A stretch of 64,000 nucleotides of DNA from Eledone cirrhosa (GCA_964016885.1 OZ024740.1:356810001-356874000), one strand, 5' to 3'. Counted from the stretch's first letter, positions 48,626 through 62,439 are shown. Notes: generated by a model not told the origin, from the letters alone. Made by a program: numbers and translations.

Positions 48626-50065
48626 CTTACACATTTGTTAGCATTTGTAAGGATCGAAAATAAAATTGTTATCGTCTTAACCCTTATTAAATATATCACC
48701 GTTCCTGTTGCTCCACAACTGTGATACAGAATATAAAACAAGTCCATGCATTCGCACACAGCTATATATTTCTTTGAGAGCCTGTTACTATTTATTGAAT
48801 CAAGCTAGATGAAAGGACATATCGGCTTCACCAGAGTTTGAACCAACCCAAAGCATAGGTATTCAATGCGATGTAATATGGTGTTATTGTCAATAGCATA
48901 TTCTTAAGAAGTTTTAATAACAGCTCCTTTCATATTATTTATTGCTTAGTTGCCAAACAACAATTTGATCTGATTAAACATTGATGAAAATTTAATCCAT
49001 AAAAATACAACTCATAAAATATCGGGAAAGCAAAGTAGAAAAAAAATACGATTATATGTGCTCTTCTCTTTCATGCTTACAGTTTCTTAGCAACGACTTC
49101 TTTCTACACCACTTTGTCTTTTTCACTTAATAGGATGAGATTTCGAGTTTTTTCAGTAACTAAAATATTTAATTAGTCATAAAAGAAAGAGATAAATGAT
49201 TATTTCATCCAATGTTGTTGACAAGTAAAATATACATATTAAGACTTTAAGATATTAACATCAATAATATATTGAGAAATTATTTCTGTGAGTTGGCATC
49301 ATCTTAACTACTTGAGGCGTTTGGTTTCGATGTAACTCGTTAAGAATTTAGATCACACCTTTATTTTATGCTGATGGAAATTTTTTGTCAAAGCTGTTGA
49401 TTAGAATTATAATAAGAAGCAAAACAGAACCGTAATAAGTAGTTGGTGGAAACATTTAGCCAAAGCGACTGACTTACAGTACTTACTGTTTTTATTCTAT
49501 GAACTTGCTTTTCATCAGTGTAGAATCAAGATAAATGCCAAAATATACAAAATTTGATTTGATATCACTCGTTCTATATGCCTTGGGGGCCTTTTGCCAA
49601 AGTCGGAAATCATAATCATCATTAGGTGTTGACTATTGGCAAAATCAATAGAATAATGGATATATATGTATGAGGATTGTTGCATTTTCTACTACTTTGT
49701 ATTACTTTTCTGTTTTTGCTTATTTAACAATTGTATTTTGTCTTATGTATGTACGCTCCTTATTTGAATTGACCTAGAAGCAAGTAAGGAATTCAATATA
49801 GAGTTGTGTTATAGTAGAAACGGAAATATACCTTGTAGATTTCAGCTACTTCCCATACGTTCTGTGTTCAAATCCCAGCAAAATCTGCTTCGCAACATAT
49901 TCTTTCACGGTAGATAAAATAAAGTACTATTCTCGTACTGAAATCAATCTTAATTGACTAAACTTCTCTTCCTAAATTTGTGGCCTTATTCCTATATTAA
50001 AAATCATTGGAAGCTTCATGCATCACCGCAGACTTTGGTATTGGGTTTATTTCAACCTTGAAATA

Positions 50066-50270
50066 GATTGGCAGTATCGGTAGAGGCTCGGACGCCATGC
50101 TTTGCAGCATAGAGTTACGTCCCGTTATGATCTGAGTTAAAATCCTGCCTAGGTTAACTTTTCATCCTTACGGGGTCGATAAAATAAAGTACCAGTCACG
50201 CACTGGGGTCGATTTAATCGACTTTCCCCTCCCCAAAAAATTGCTGGCCTTGTGCCTATATAAGAAACCA
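50066..50270 (+). mobile_element. SINE family 1 variant
   Basis: Family head and core with a longer 3' part (ctggggtcgatttaatcgac). More divergent copies at ~49815-50005 (+) and ~54075-54205 (-). Confidence 0.88.
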
Positions 50271-51515
50271 ATATTTCTTCTTTCATATGTAAATGTGAAT
50301 ACCTATATATTTGGATATAGTTATTTATGAGTAAGCATATTTAACTTTAACATCTAAACATTAGGTTAACTACAATATATCTGATATATTCGATCTCAAA
50401 AGCTTACAATATTTCTTCCTTTTATCAGAAGTTTCCTGGAACACATGGATTTTATTTTGTTGGCTTTCTTTCATTTTCTCTGTATAGTACAGCTTTATAT
50501 TCTAAATGTGAACACATCTATAAAGAAAATAGTATTTTCTTGTATGCTTACAAGCCTACACATTTGATATGTGTATATATTTATACACATTAGTCCAGTC
50601 TCTGTTACACACTGTTGTTATAGAGATATAACTTTATTATACACTTCGGCAGCTAGCGCACTTCTTAATGATTATATAATTTAATCAATTACCAACACGA
50701 GTACTAATTATATGCAAATTAGTTTGTCCATTTCAGAATAATATTAAATGTAAATAGGTATATATAACCATCAAATGTATGTTTTTGAATGTTGTTAGAG
50801 CAAGACGTCAAAAACTAGATTCGTCATTTTACCAAAGTGTAAAACTGGAAATATTTTTTTTTAGAGAATGGGGTGCATAACTGGGAGAATGAGGCGAGTG
50901 TTACAGAGCTAGCCTATGGTACAAAATAATTAGGAGCTGACTCTGCATCTGAGAATATAGCTGATTTCATATGGAATTGCATTTATATTTTGTAATACCC
51001 ATAGAAAGCAATTACACTCTAAAGGTTTCTGTGCTTATTAAGTAGTGAGGTATTTTTTTCTGCTTTATATTTTGCCATTAGGAATATAAATATATTTTGC
51101 CATTAGGAATATAAATATATTGCAGACGAAGTTTAGATCCACTTAAAACAATTTCAACAGATCAATTTATCTGACTTCCTTTAAATAGAATAAAGACAGA
51201 AAATATGCTGTCATTAATAGTTGGTACTTAAAATTGTCGAAATATGAAAATTGTAAATCAAAGTTAATTTCAGATATTAAGAAATCTTTCGCCGTTTTTT
51301 TTTTTATTTTCAAAGCATATTCATTTTGACTTCCATTTAGAATTCGATCTTTATGATTAATATTAGAAATTGCAAGCTAATTGCAAAACAAATAATGACA
51401 ATTTTACTTTAAATAGACATTTATATTTATGCCTTAAAGGCGTGTGTTCGTGTATACGTGTGTTTCTTTTGTATGTGTGCATGTATATATATATGTGTGT
51501 GTGTGTGTATATATA

Positions 51516-51908
51516 TACGAGGGCAATCCCAAAAGTAACGTCTCCTTCCAATATTGCAACTTTTCGTTAAATCCTGTGGATGGTGCTTCGGAAAACCTCA
51601 GGAACCAAAATGCAGAGAGCATCCAGAGTGATCCACCGATCTTTACGCATGTTTTCCTCGGAAGGAGACCTTACTTTTGGGATTGCCCTCGTATATAATA
51701 ACTGCGCAAAATTCGCACTTGGCGGTAGCGTTCAACGGGAGCTCCATTCTCAACGGCTGCCAAGCCAAGATTGAGCATCCCAGCAAAGCGCGCGCGTGCT
51801 TGTTTGGGAGTGAAGGAAGCACCAATTACAACGGTGGTGCCAACAGCTGTACGAACAGTTTCTCTGCGTCCCCATCACTTTGGAGACCTTACTTTTGGGA
51901 TTAGCCTC

Positions 51909-51911
<3 letters not shown>
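51516..51911 (-). mobile_element. Rearranged mariner deletion derivative with three TIRs
   Basis: TIR TACGAGGGCAATCCCAAAAGTAA(C/G)GTCTCC at 51516, and inverted at 51664-51693 and 51882-51911; transposase remnants MELPLNATAKCEF.AVI and EENMRKDRWITLDAL..VPEV.RSTIHRI. Confidence 0.85.
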
Positions 51912-51947
<36 letters not shown>

Positions 51948-52002
51948 CATACATACATACATACATACATACATACATACACACATACATTTTATATATA
52001 TA

Positions 52003-53347
52003 CTAGCAGTTTACCCCGGGGTTGCTCGGGTTTGTTCATTTTCTATGAAAAGTTACATACAGGTAAACGTGGCTTGAAAGCGAATAAGCTTATCAATTAA
52101 GTGCATAAAGCTGTTGAACCGGTTATTAAACGTTACGAACCAATTAGCCTTTTGGACAATCAATGATGGGTTAATAGTCTTCCAATAGCGAATTTAGCAG
52201 ACCAATGTTGCAAGATGGTGGCCCTGATGCCGCTGGGTGTCAGATCTGTCCGCCATGGGTGACCCTACCAGGAAATAGTTTTCAAGACGGCATAGCTCCA
52301 ACATCTCCAACACCTGCACCAACATCTATAGCACCTCTTTGTAGACGATATTGCGTGTCATCCCTTGAGGAGTGTAAGCAAAAAGTCCATTCCTGCTCCC
52401 TACGCGGGAAAAGGCAACATAAAGTTGGCCATGGGAGAAGCATGGCTCCCCCAAATGGATGCCCGCCACCGACAATGTTTGCCCTTGTGACTTGTTAATG
52501 GACATGGCAAAACATAGTCTCACCGGGAATTGGGATCGCCGGAAATCGAACGGGATATCTGACGCCGAGGGGAAAAGATTCATCCTTGGCAGTGTATTCG
52601 GCAGAATTGTAAGAAGTACAACACTATGGGTGTTGACATATTAATATTTAACCAATGAAAGTCGTAAAAAATAAATAATTTATACATTCCGATTCATATG
52701 TCTATAGCATTAATCTGTTATATGAAGTGTTATTAAGCCGATTTAAAATACCCCAGAAAAGCCGTATGTCAATACGGAACTCCAAAGGCAGGCCGCCAAC
52801 AGACCTAATCGTGGAAAAACTGCATGCCTGTACAATATGTAAAGAAAATAAACCGAATACTCTGATGGCTGGATAATCTTTAAGATTTTCCTCGATGAAG
52901 CAGGAAAAATGCAGGTTTTCACCTAATGCGGGCCCTAGGGATCAAGAAAATAAAAAATTTTTATGTGCATAATATACCTTGAAATTTCAGGAAAATCGGC
53001 TAGACGTAACGCCTCAAAAAAGTCCTAAAAAGCTGAAAAAAATGAAGTTTTTCACCTAATGCGAGCCCTAGGCCATAAAAAAAGTTGGATTTTCTTTGCT
53101 CACGGTATGAAGAAGAGACTGACTAATACATAGTTACAATTTCAAGGAAATCAGTCTGACGTAACGCCTCAAAAACTCTAAAAAGCTGAAAAAACGCAGT
53201 TTTTCACCTAATGCGGACCCTAGGAGATCAAAAAGTTGAATTTGTTTATGTGCATAATACTCCCTGAAACATAAGTAATACACATGTAAAGTTTGAAAAA
53301 AAGTCGATTGGGTACTTCTCGAGCTTTAGGGATTTAAACTCACAGAT

Positions 53348-53378
<31 letters not shown>

Positions 53379-53681
53379 GATATCCTCAGGGAAGTAACGT
53401 AATGCAGACATCAGACATACAGACATATATTATAAGGGCGCGACGTTATATGTATCTATCTAAAAAGAGAAAGACTAAGAATTATAGAGAGAGATCGCTC
53501 AATCGCCTAATGCGGTCCCTAGAGCATTGAAAATTTGAAGTGCTTTTGCTCAGAACACTCCCTGAAACATAAGTATTACATGTGTAAAGTTTGAAAAAAG
53601 TCGGTTGGGTGGTTCTCGAGTTTTAGGGATTCAAACTCTCACACACACACACACAGACATCCTCAGTTTTATATATATAGA
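52003..53681 (-). mobile_element. Non-autonomous Helitron with Pif1 helicase C-terminal remnant
   Basis: A|TCTATATATATAAAAC at 53681; hairpin CCCGAGCAACCCCGGG + CTAG|T at 52003; ORF 52326-52583 RRSQFPVRLCFAMSINKSQGQTL..FSHGQLYVAFSRV. Confidence 0.95.
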
Positions 53682-54468
53682 TTACACGCAACTTCACAAA
53701 GCTTTCATTAACAGGATAATTGTCTTTGAAATATTATGAAATCCATGTAATAATTCAATAACACATATAGGATGTAGCAGAAATTCATAAATGCTTCAAC
53801 ACCGGGTTCAATGATTCAAGTATTATTAGTTACTCTATTAGCAATATAAAATAGTTGTATGTTCTATGGTTTCTTTCTCACTGGGCCCATAATTCCTGCA
53901 GGAGTCTTAAGGGTGCCGTAGTATCAGACAGCATTTCTTGATCCATTTTTAAGCCTGCCGTGTTTTATATTCCTAATGGCAAAGTATAAAGCAGAAAAAA
54001 ACTCACTGCTTAATAAAGAGAGAAACTAAGTCTGGACAGAACCTATTTTTTCAAGGGAACAAGAGAAGGAGACAGAGCCCAGTATTCGACTGGAACTTTT
54101 TTATCGACCTCGAAATGATGAAAAGCAAGGTTAACTCCCGCGGGATTTGAACTCAAAGTGCAGAGAGCCGGAATTAATCCCGCAAATCATTCTATCCGAC
54201 GGTTGTAATATTTAACTAAAGTTTAATGAAATGCATTTCTTTTTCAATACAATATCTGTAAAACTGATTTTCAATAAATCATTAGAAACCATTTTATATT
54301 AGAGCGTACCAAACATGTATCGTGGTTCGGGAGGGGGGGGGTGGTAGTGAATGTAAAGAATAGCTTGTTTATTTTGTTTATGACACGTGTATGCTGTATT
54401 AGGATATGACTACGGCTTACATATATAATCTTCAAAATCTATATGGAAGATTCATTCTTTATCCTAAA

Positions 54469-54497
54469 CTATCTGACGTACCCAGCTTCGCCAGGGT
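54469..54497 (-). mobile_element. Possible degenerate Helitron 3' terminus
   Basis: Minus ACCCTGGCGAAGCTGGGT hairpin followed by ..CAGATAG|T (CTAG with one change). Confidence 0.4.
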
Positions 54498-55020
54498 AAA
54501 CAGATGATAAGAGAAGACAGGTATAAGAGAAAATAACTGTATTGGATGTTTGTTTAGTTTACAGTATGAGGCAAGACTGTGGTGGGTGTGTGATAAAAAG
54601 AAACAGTAACAAATCTTCCAGATACACCAGATTCTTCGTTTTACCATCCGTGCATAGTATATGAAGATTTCTAGGTGTTTCCCATCGTGAACAACTCCAC
54701 TTTTAGAGAGAGGGAGAGAAGATTATTGATGTTAGATATAGAGAGGGTGATAATGAGAGAGTGTCGTATAGTTGATATAAATTTCTATTTATTTGCCACC
54801 AGGGCATCAAAGGTTGGGACAAATACAAAGGGGGGAGTTTACATACATTTAAAAAGACGTGTAAAAAACATATAACAAATTAAATTTAACAATCGATGTC
54901 CTCAATAGGGAGGGGCGTTGACATGGGTCGCACACACTCCAGAAAAAATGTGCAACCCTCCTCATCAGGAGCACAAAGAGCGGGTGCTTCCTTCCTCTTC
55001 TCATTCTTCTCCTCTCTCAC

Positions 55021-58000
55021 CTACAGGCTGATATAGAGAGAAGGCCCATTTACTCGGGCCATTCTCGCTACTTTCACCCACCTTTCATAAAACTTGCTGG
55101 GGTAGAGCACCTTTCTCTCCATTCTGATCCTTCTTCTAAAGTGGTACTTGAAAAAAAAGACCAGTTGTTGGCCGGAGAGATAGGTGTCTGACCTCAGCCC
55201 TTTCAACCTTGTCCACCATACAACTTCTTTCGCCATGGCTATCACACAGAGGAAAACCGCCTTTCCTTCGTTTTTGAAAGGTGGAGGCGGTTTGATCGTG
55301 ACAATGTTCTCGGTGGTCAACCGGATTGGTCCCACCCGCGACAGTAGTCGTTCCACATAGCCCCACAGGTCAGCAACGCCCGGGCAGTGTACGAATGCGT
55401 GTGCGACGGTTTCCTCGTCACGCATGCATCTCGGACAGAACTTCTTCGAGGGGTCCCTACCCGGGCGCCCGTGTCTGTAGATCTTGTCCCGAACGGGTAG
55501 AGTTCCTCGGTAACATTGCCAAGCCAGGGACTTTTGGAAGTTGTCCATCGGTCCCGGGCCAAACGTCCTACCGAACAGACTGGCCAGCTCATCTTCCTCC
55601 ATGCCCAGAGCCTCTCCGAGAGCGTCGTCGCACTTACTGCGCACCAACCCTCTATAGAATGTTGAGGTTGAGTCTCCACTGATTGCCGGATCCGCTTGCC
55701 AGAGGGCCGTGAGCGCCTGGGCACATTCAATGGGCCAGTCGCCCACTTTTCTCGGTATTTGCTTGACCCAGGATTGCCGTTCGAAGGGTGTTGACAGCAG
55801 ATGGATCTTTTCACCAAAGGAGCCCGCTTCTTCCAAAGAAATCGGAAGAGCGCGCGCTCCATTTTGGCGAGTGTTTTCTCTGGGCACGGCACGACGGTCC
55901 AGCGGTAGTAGATGACGGACGCTTTATAAGCGTTCGCCACCTCCGCTCGACCTTTCAAGGATAGTTTGCACTCGGCCCACTTCTGGGCGAGTGCAAACAC
56001 CTTGCCCATTACCTCGTTCCAGTTTTTCTCCACCTGGAGGTCCGGTCCGAACCAGACCCCGAGCAGCTTCACCGGTCCCTCCGTCCAGCGTCCGACGATG
56101 CCGTCGGAGGGCATCGTTTTGCCCCTCCACGTCCCGAGTTGAAACCGACGGACTTGTCCCGGTTCAGCTTGGCTCCTGTGAACCTTTCATATTCCTCCAG
56201 TAAGGTGCCGATCTTCCCGATTTCCGAGGCGCACGACACCATTACAGTCACATCATCGGCGTAGGCCGACACCGCTTTCCGCAATCCCGGTTCCAAGGGG
56301 ATGCCCTGCAACAGCTCCAGCTTCCGCAGTAGTGGCTCGAGAGCCAGCACATACAGGAGGGAGGAGAGAGGGCATCCCTGTCGGATGGATCGCGTGATTT
56401 GGAACGGCTCCGAGAGGTAGCCGTTCACCTTGACCCTCGTGCAGGTGTTGCTGCTGTGCATTGCAGCAATCCAGCCCCTGAAAAACGGGTCCGAAACCTG
56501 CCGCCGTGAGCACCGCATCCAGGTACCGATGGTCAACCCTATCGAACGCCTTAGATTGATCCAAGTTGATCAGGGCTCCACCAAAGCCGGGTACCTTCCC
56601 TACCCTCTCGACGATGTATCGCATGAGGTGGAGGTTGTCGTGTATGGACCTGGACGGGATTGCGCATGTCTGCGCTTCTCCCACCAGGTTCCCGACGACA
56701 AGCGCCAACCTCTTCGCTAACACCTTGGCCAAAATCTTTAACTCTGTGTTTAGCAGAGTTATGGGCCTGAAGTTATCTATGTCATCCCCCTTGTTCTCGT
56801 CCTTCCTCACCAGCGTGACTACGCCCTTGGTTACAGAACTGGGAATTTTCCCGTTCTGTTGCCAGTTGCAGTAGACCGCCTCGAAAAGACCGGAGAACAA
56901 GCCCGGCATCGCTACATAAAGTTCTTTTAGTAGACCATCGAGACCCGGAGATTTGCGTTTGCCGCATTGGCTCAGCGCCTCCCCTATTTCAGCGGCTGAA
57001 ATCGGCCTCTCGCAGGACATCGCCTCCTCGTCCGAGAGCCGCGCCAGACCGTCGAGGTATGGACCGAAATCCATGGCCCCACCCGGCCCGCCCCCCCCTC
57101 CCGAACAGTCGTGCAAAGCGCCGTTGAAAGGCCGCGCTCATCCGCTCAGGTTCAAGGATCACGCGTCCATCCTGGTCCTTCAAAGACCGAATCGTGGACT
57201 TGTTTACACTTTTTGCCTCTGTCACTCGGGCCCAGCTAACAGCTTTGGCTCCCTCGTTACTCAGAGCACGTATTTTACTCCTGACAACGCAGCCCTCGTG
57301 CTTCGCATCAAAGAACTGGTCTAGGGCCGTTCTTGACGCAGCACGCCGGCCACGTTGCCACTCCTAATCGCCTCTTCTACTCTATTTGTTAATTCCCTTT
57401 CAGTTCTATTCCTATCTGATGCTAATTCCCGACTAAAACCTATCGATTCTATTCTAATTTCACTCTTGAGAGAGCCCCACCACCTGCTGTTGACAATTGC
57501 CCCCGTCAAACGCTGCTTAACTAGTGTGCTATCCGCTTACTGTAAGCTTTGTTTGTCGGTAAAGACAAGTTTAGCTTCCAGTAACCGGGTCCCTGTCTAT
57601 GAGTTCTATCAAGGTTGACCACTCCGGTCACCAACTTGTGATCCGAATAGTCAACCATGAACATTCGTGGACAGCTTAATATGTCCCTATCCTTATTTCT
57701 AACTAGGAACCTATCTAGGTACGACCTAGATGTTCCGCTGCGATTACTCTACGTCCACCGTGGCACAGTCGGAAAATCTAGTCGATATCTATCGGCCAGA
57801 TCAAATCGGCCGATTAATTGTTTGAGGCTGTTACACCCCCCTCTATCGGGACATGCCCCTACAGAGTCCCAACGTGCATCCAGGATACCATTCCAGTCCC
57901 CCACTAAAAGCAAGGAGCGAGACGTTCCCAGGAAATTCTCCAGGCGTCGGAAGAAGTCCGGTCGCGGTGTCCCAGATGGGGCATACGCTGCCACCAGCCT

Positions 58001-58316
58001 GAAAGCTTCACCTTCACCACTGCCGACGTCTAAAACCACCAGTCGACCCTCCGGGTCCAGGTGTACCTTCTGTGCGGCAAGACCCAGGTATTTTCGCAAC
58101 AGAACGACAACCCACCCCCACCCCTCGACTGACAGAGAGATGCGTAGATCTCAAAGTCGTCGAAGATGGGGGCCAGTGGCGCTCGCTGCTGATCCTGGAC
58201 TCGCAAATAACCATTACATCCACTCTGTGCGACCTGAGGTCATTTAAGAGTTTGCCCTGTTTCCAGGACATCCCCAGGCCGCGTGCATTCACACATCCAA
58301 CTCTTATATTGGCCAT
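55021..58316 (-). pseudogene. LINE ORF2 (APE endonuclease, RT, zinc finger), frameshifted
   Basis: GCVNARGL, VGDWN, KSPGLDG, NFRPITLLNTELKI, LDQSKAFDRVDH, RQGCPLS, AYADDVTV, CPRC..ETVAHAFVHC. Confidence 0.95.
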
Positions 58317-58358
58317 GTTGGTGCTGAAGAGTTAAAAAGGAAGAGGAAAGGAAATTAC

Positions 58359-60161
58359 TTACCTCTTCGTCTCCTGGGGACCAGGCTGCATAATTTCCAT
58401 GGGGGTGTTGGAAGGGTTGTTTGGTGGGGTGGTGGTTTGTGGTGGGGTGATGACATCAGTGTGTGGTGAGATTAGGGTGTTTGGTGGGGTGTGGGTGTCT
58501 GGGGGGGGGGACATCTCAATAGAACACTGTTATGTGGTTTGGTGCAGTTGGTCCCCACATACATTGGATGGTTCTTTTTCAAAGTTACATAGGTTTCTGT
58601 TGGGACCCTAATCATCATTAGGTGCGGTTTGTTCGCTGCGTAGGTGAAAGTGATCCCTTCGGTTTCCACCGAAGGGTTATTTTCTATTGCTTTCATCAAC
58701 GTTTTATTGTTCTTGTTAATGTATGTATAGAGTTTTTGTTGTGTTGTGTTTGTTTTTGTTTGTTGTTCTTGTGCGTGTTTGTGTTTTGTAGTATGTGCTA
58801 TGTTTTGGGGAGGGGTGGGTTTTTTTGTTTGTGATGTTTGTGCTGGTGGTTGTGTGTTTGTAGCATTTTTGTTAATGTGGTGCCTTTTTTTTTCCTTTTC
58901 ACCTGTTGAAAGGGTTCTCCCTCGTCGTCACTGGGTGACGTTGATACGGAGTCCTCTTCCGTGTTGTTGGGGAGGGGTATATTTTGGGGTTTTGTTGTGG
59001 TTGCTTTTGTATTTGTTTTAGGTGGGGAGGGGTTGGGTGGAACAGTGTTTTGTGTTGTTATTTTTCCGTGTTGTTGTGGTTGTTGTCGTTGTTGTTGTTG
59101 TTGTGGTGGTGGTGGTGGTGGTGGTGGTTGTGTTGTGCTGTTGTGTTCGGGGTTGGCATAAGAGCCTTTTTTTTTACTCGTTAATTGAGGACAGGCAGCC
59201 CTCCCCTCAGATGACCCCTGCTTAAGCAGTGGTAACATGACGGCCACCTTCCCTCCACTGAAACGTTTATATAAGTTAGCCCGTCCAGAGGCACGCGTTG
59301 TGGGATATTCGCTATTCGTTCTGGGCTCATTTGCACCAGAACTTCTACGCTGGTCCCACCAAATACACCTCCGGAGGACTTTCCTATTGAAATTATCTTG
59401 TCTTCATCAAAGTCAATGATTCCACATAGTATCCACCAAATATTTACATTTGGTGTGATACTCATTATTTTTATTCTTTGTGTCCTTTTTCCCCTGTATG
59501 TGGGGTAAAAGGTGAAGCGGGGGGACACAATGGGTGATACCGAGTACTTTTGTGCTGTTGACTGGTTGTTCATTAGCACCGAAATGCTACCAAACAGTTT
59601 ACCTTTTTGTATGAAGGTTATGTCCTTCATTGCATCTTTTAGAACCAGAGAATTTCATTTTGTGATAATTGAGCTGGTTTTCTTGTTTCGTTCGATATTG
59701 TCCTGAAAACCACAGTTTTCAGGACAGCCTCTCTACGTAATTCATGTGGAGAATTGATGCTAAAAGCACCGTTTTCGCCAAAAGTCACGAATTGTTTTGC
59801 GTCTTGTAATAGTTGTTTAGCATTTGTTATGTCTATTGGCGTGTATAGTTCGCTTTTTTTTACAGTCTGTGCGAATGCCGTTTTGGTGTTGTTTTTTTTT
59901 GTTGCTGCTGTTGTTGTCACTGTTGGTAATATTGTTCATGTTTTCCTTGGTGTTGCTATTGTTGCAGTTGTTGGTTGTGATGTTATTGTTGTTGGTGCTG
60001 GTATTATTTACCGGGTTTGGTTTCGTGGTTTCAATATTTTCAACGTTTTTCGATAATGCGAGGGGGGAAGGCTGCAAGCTTTGTACTCCTACCTTCCCTC
60101 CACCACTTTTCTTAGTGAGCGTGGCACTCACGACAGTGTGCGAGGTGGAAATGGCATCCAT
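58359..60161 (-). pseudogene. LINE ORF1 (low-complexity ends, zinc knuckle), frameshifted
   Basis: CYHCLSRGH CCHC-type knuckle; Thr/Asn/Pro-rich termini; last frame ends PMEIMQPGPQETKR*. Confidence 0.8.
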
Positions 60162-60586
60162 TGCTGACTACCAAGTCTACACAGTTTTGAGATGAAAATG
60201 AAAATTTCGCCCCAGAAAGGGGCGAAAATTAGTTGACTCAACGTCTGACGGCCCAGGCAAGGGGTTAAACTAAACAATGCTATTAAATTGAGCAATGAAC
60301 TCACAGTTTTTTTACAATAATCCGTAAAAATCCGGAGCGAAGTAATTCACGACTATATCAAATGGTTATTGCGCTAGGATGAAACAATCGTAAGTGATTA
60401 AATGTTTTAAACACTCTTTGATTGTTATTTATAAAGTATATATATATATATATTAATAAAAACAATGAAATAAACACAAAGAACAAGTTCTTTATATTAA
60501 AAAATTCATCATTTTACGATCGTTTCTGGGATGTATATGTGTGTTGGTATGTATATCATATAGATCTATGTAAAAATATTATATAT

Positions 60587-61358
60587 ATATTTGAAAAAAT
60601 GACTTCTCTTGTAGTTCTAAACAATTTGATTTAATTTTATATTATAATATCATGAGTTGGTGGATCTAGTAAGTTCTTTGTTAACTTCGATGGGAAATTT
60701 TTTAAAGATTCCTGGTTAACTTTCCTGGGAACTTTCTCGCATTCGTCGGTGGCGATTGTCAAACTGAGATCAGGTTGTGTTGTGATGTGTGACTCTATAT
60801 ATAAGAGAGGTCTGGATGAGTCTGGGGTGGGGTGCGGTGTTAATGAGTGTGGGAGTGAAGGAGTGTTGATGAAGATTTAAAGGAATTAAAGCACACACAC
60901 ACACATATATATATATACACAGAAAAGGGTGACAGCAAGATAATGGGTTGGGAGTGCTATCACCATTCACCATTTTCTGTGTATATATGTATATATATGT
61001 GTGTGTGGGTGTGTGCTTTAATTCCTTTAAATCTTCATCAACATTCCTTCACTCCCACACTCATTAACACCCCACCCCAGACACATCCATATCTCTCTTA
61101 TATATAGAGCCACACATCACAACACAACCTGATCTCAGTTTGACAATCGCCGCCGATGAATGCAAGAAAGTTCTCTAAGAAAGTTAACCAGGAATCTTTA
61201 AAATTCTTCCCACCGAAGTTCACAAAGAACTTACTAGATCTACCAACTCCTAATATTATATTATAAAATTAAATCAAATTGTTTAGAACTACAAGTGAAG
61301 TCATTCTTTTCCTTTTTCAAATATACCTAACTGTACCAAGGATTTCAGACATTTTCCA
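60587..61358 (+). mobile_element. Fold-back element (~310-bp inverted arms + tail) in (TA)n, probably PLE-derived
   Basis: Arms ~60587-60900 / 61010-61324; unique tail 61325-61358. Confidence 0.65.
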
Positions 61359-61479
61359 ATATATATATATATATATATATACACATACATATATATATAC
61401 ATACACATATATTTACACACATATATGTATATATATATTTACATACGTACATATATAATATATGAAAATATATATATAT

Positions 61480-61617
<138 letters not shown>

Positions 61618-61818
61618 ATGCAGGATATCAGTAGATAAAAGGCCAAGAAACAATGATTTTAAATGTAATATATATACATATATATTACATTTAAAATCAT
61701 AGGTGCCTTGTTTGAGATCTCAAACATACACTTTATCACCTAAGAATAAGCTCAGAGAAAAATTCAGAAATTCAAGGAATCAATCCGAGCATTTAATCAT
61801 TACAAAATAGTGAATGAC

Positions 61819-61894
<76 letters not shown>

Positions 61895-62439
61895 CTAAAC
61901 TATAATAAAGGAAGGTCTGCGGGACTGCGTACGGTTTATTTCTTTTAATCCAGTTTGTAAAATAAATTGGATTGCTTTGAAGAAATAATGAATGAATATT
62001 ACATAATTTATGTACTAAACTTCGTAAACAAAAATAATTTCGTAAAAATAAATTATTTAAAATTTACCTCTTTTCAAATTGCACTTCCGGTATATCGTCG
62101 CCACCACCACCACTTCAACTACCATATATATAGAAAGAGAGAGTGTGTGATGAGAGAGATAGAGAGATTATGATTTTCTACACGCTGACGCGTATGAGTG
62201 TGTACATACATACATCTATATGTATAAGTATATAACTATTATGAGTATATAACTATAATCGCGCTAACACAAACTTATAAAAATACACCCTCACGGACAT
62301 AATTCACACAAATACACATACATTCACACATACTTTCACACAAACATACATACATTCACACATACATTTACAAAACACACACACATAGTCATGATAGCTG
62401 CGTTCGGTAAAATTGGAAATGGGGGTAAAACAAGTATAA

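Larger units (their letters stand above)
54782..60360 (-). mobile_element. Near full-length Tx1/L1-clade LINE
   Basis: ORF1 + ORF2 in order, A-rich 3' end at ~54782-54795; 5' boundary approximate; no TSD recognised. Confidence 0.93.

Noticed and set aside
51035-54017. ~55-bp inverted similarity between 51035-51092 and 53962-54017 as TIRs of a large element
   Set aside because: Diverged with no TSD; more simply two opposite-strand copies of a dispersed repeat.
61652-61700. AT-rich palindrome of ~23-bp arms
   Set aside because: Real but centred on TA repeats and low in complexity; no further structure to interpret.
61894-61930. Helitron-like 5' end A|TCTAAACTATAATAAAG
   Set aside because: No matching hairpin-CTRR 3' end was found in the window.
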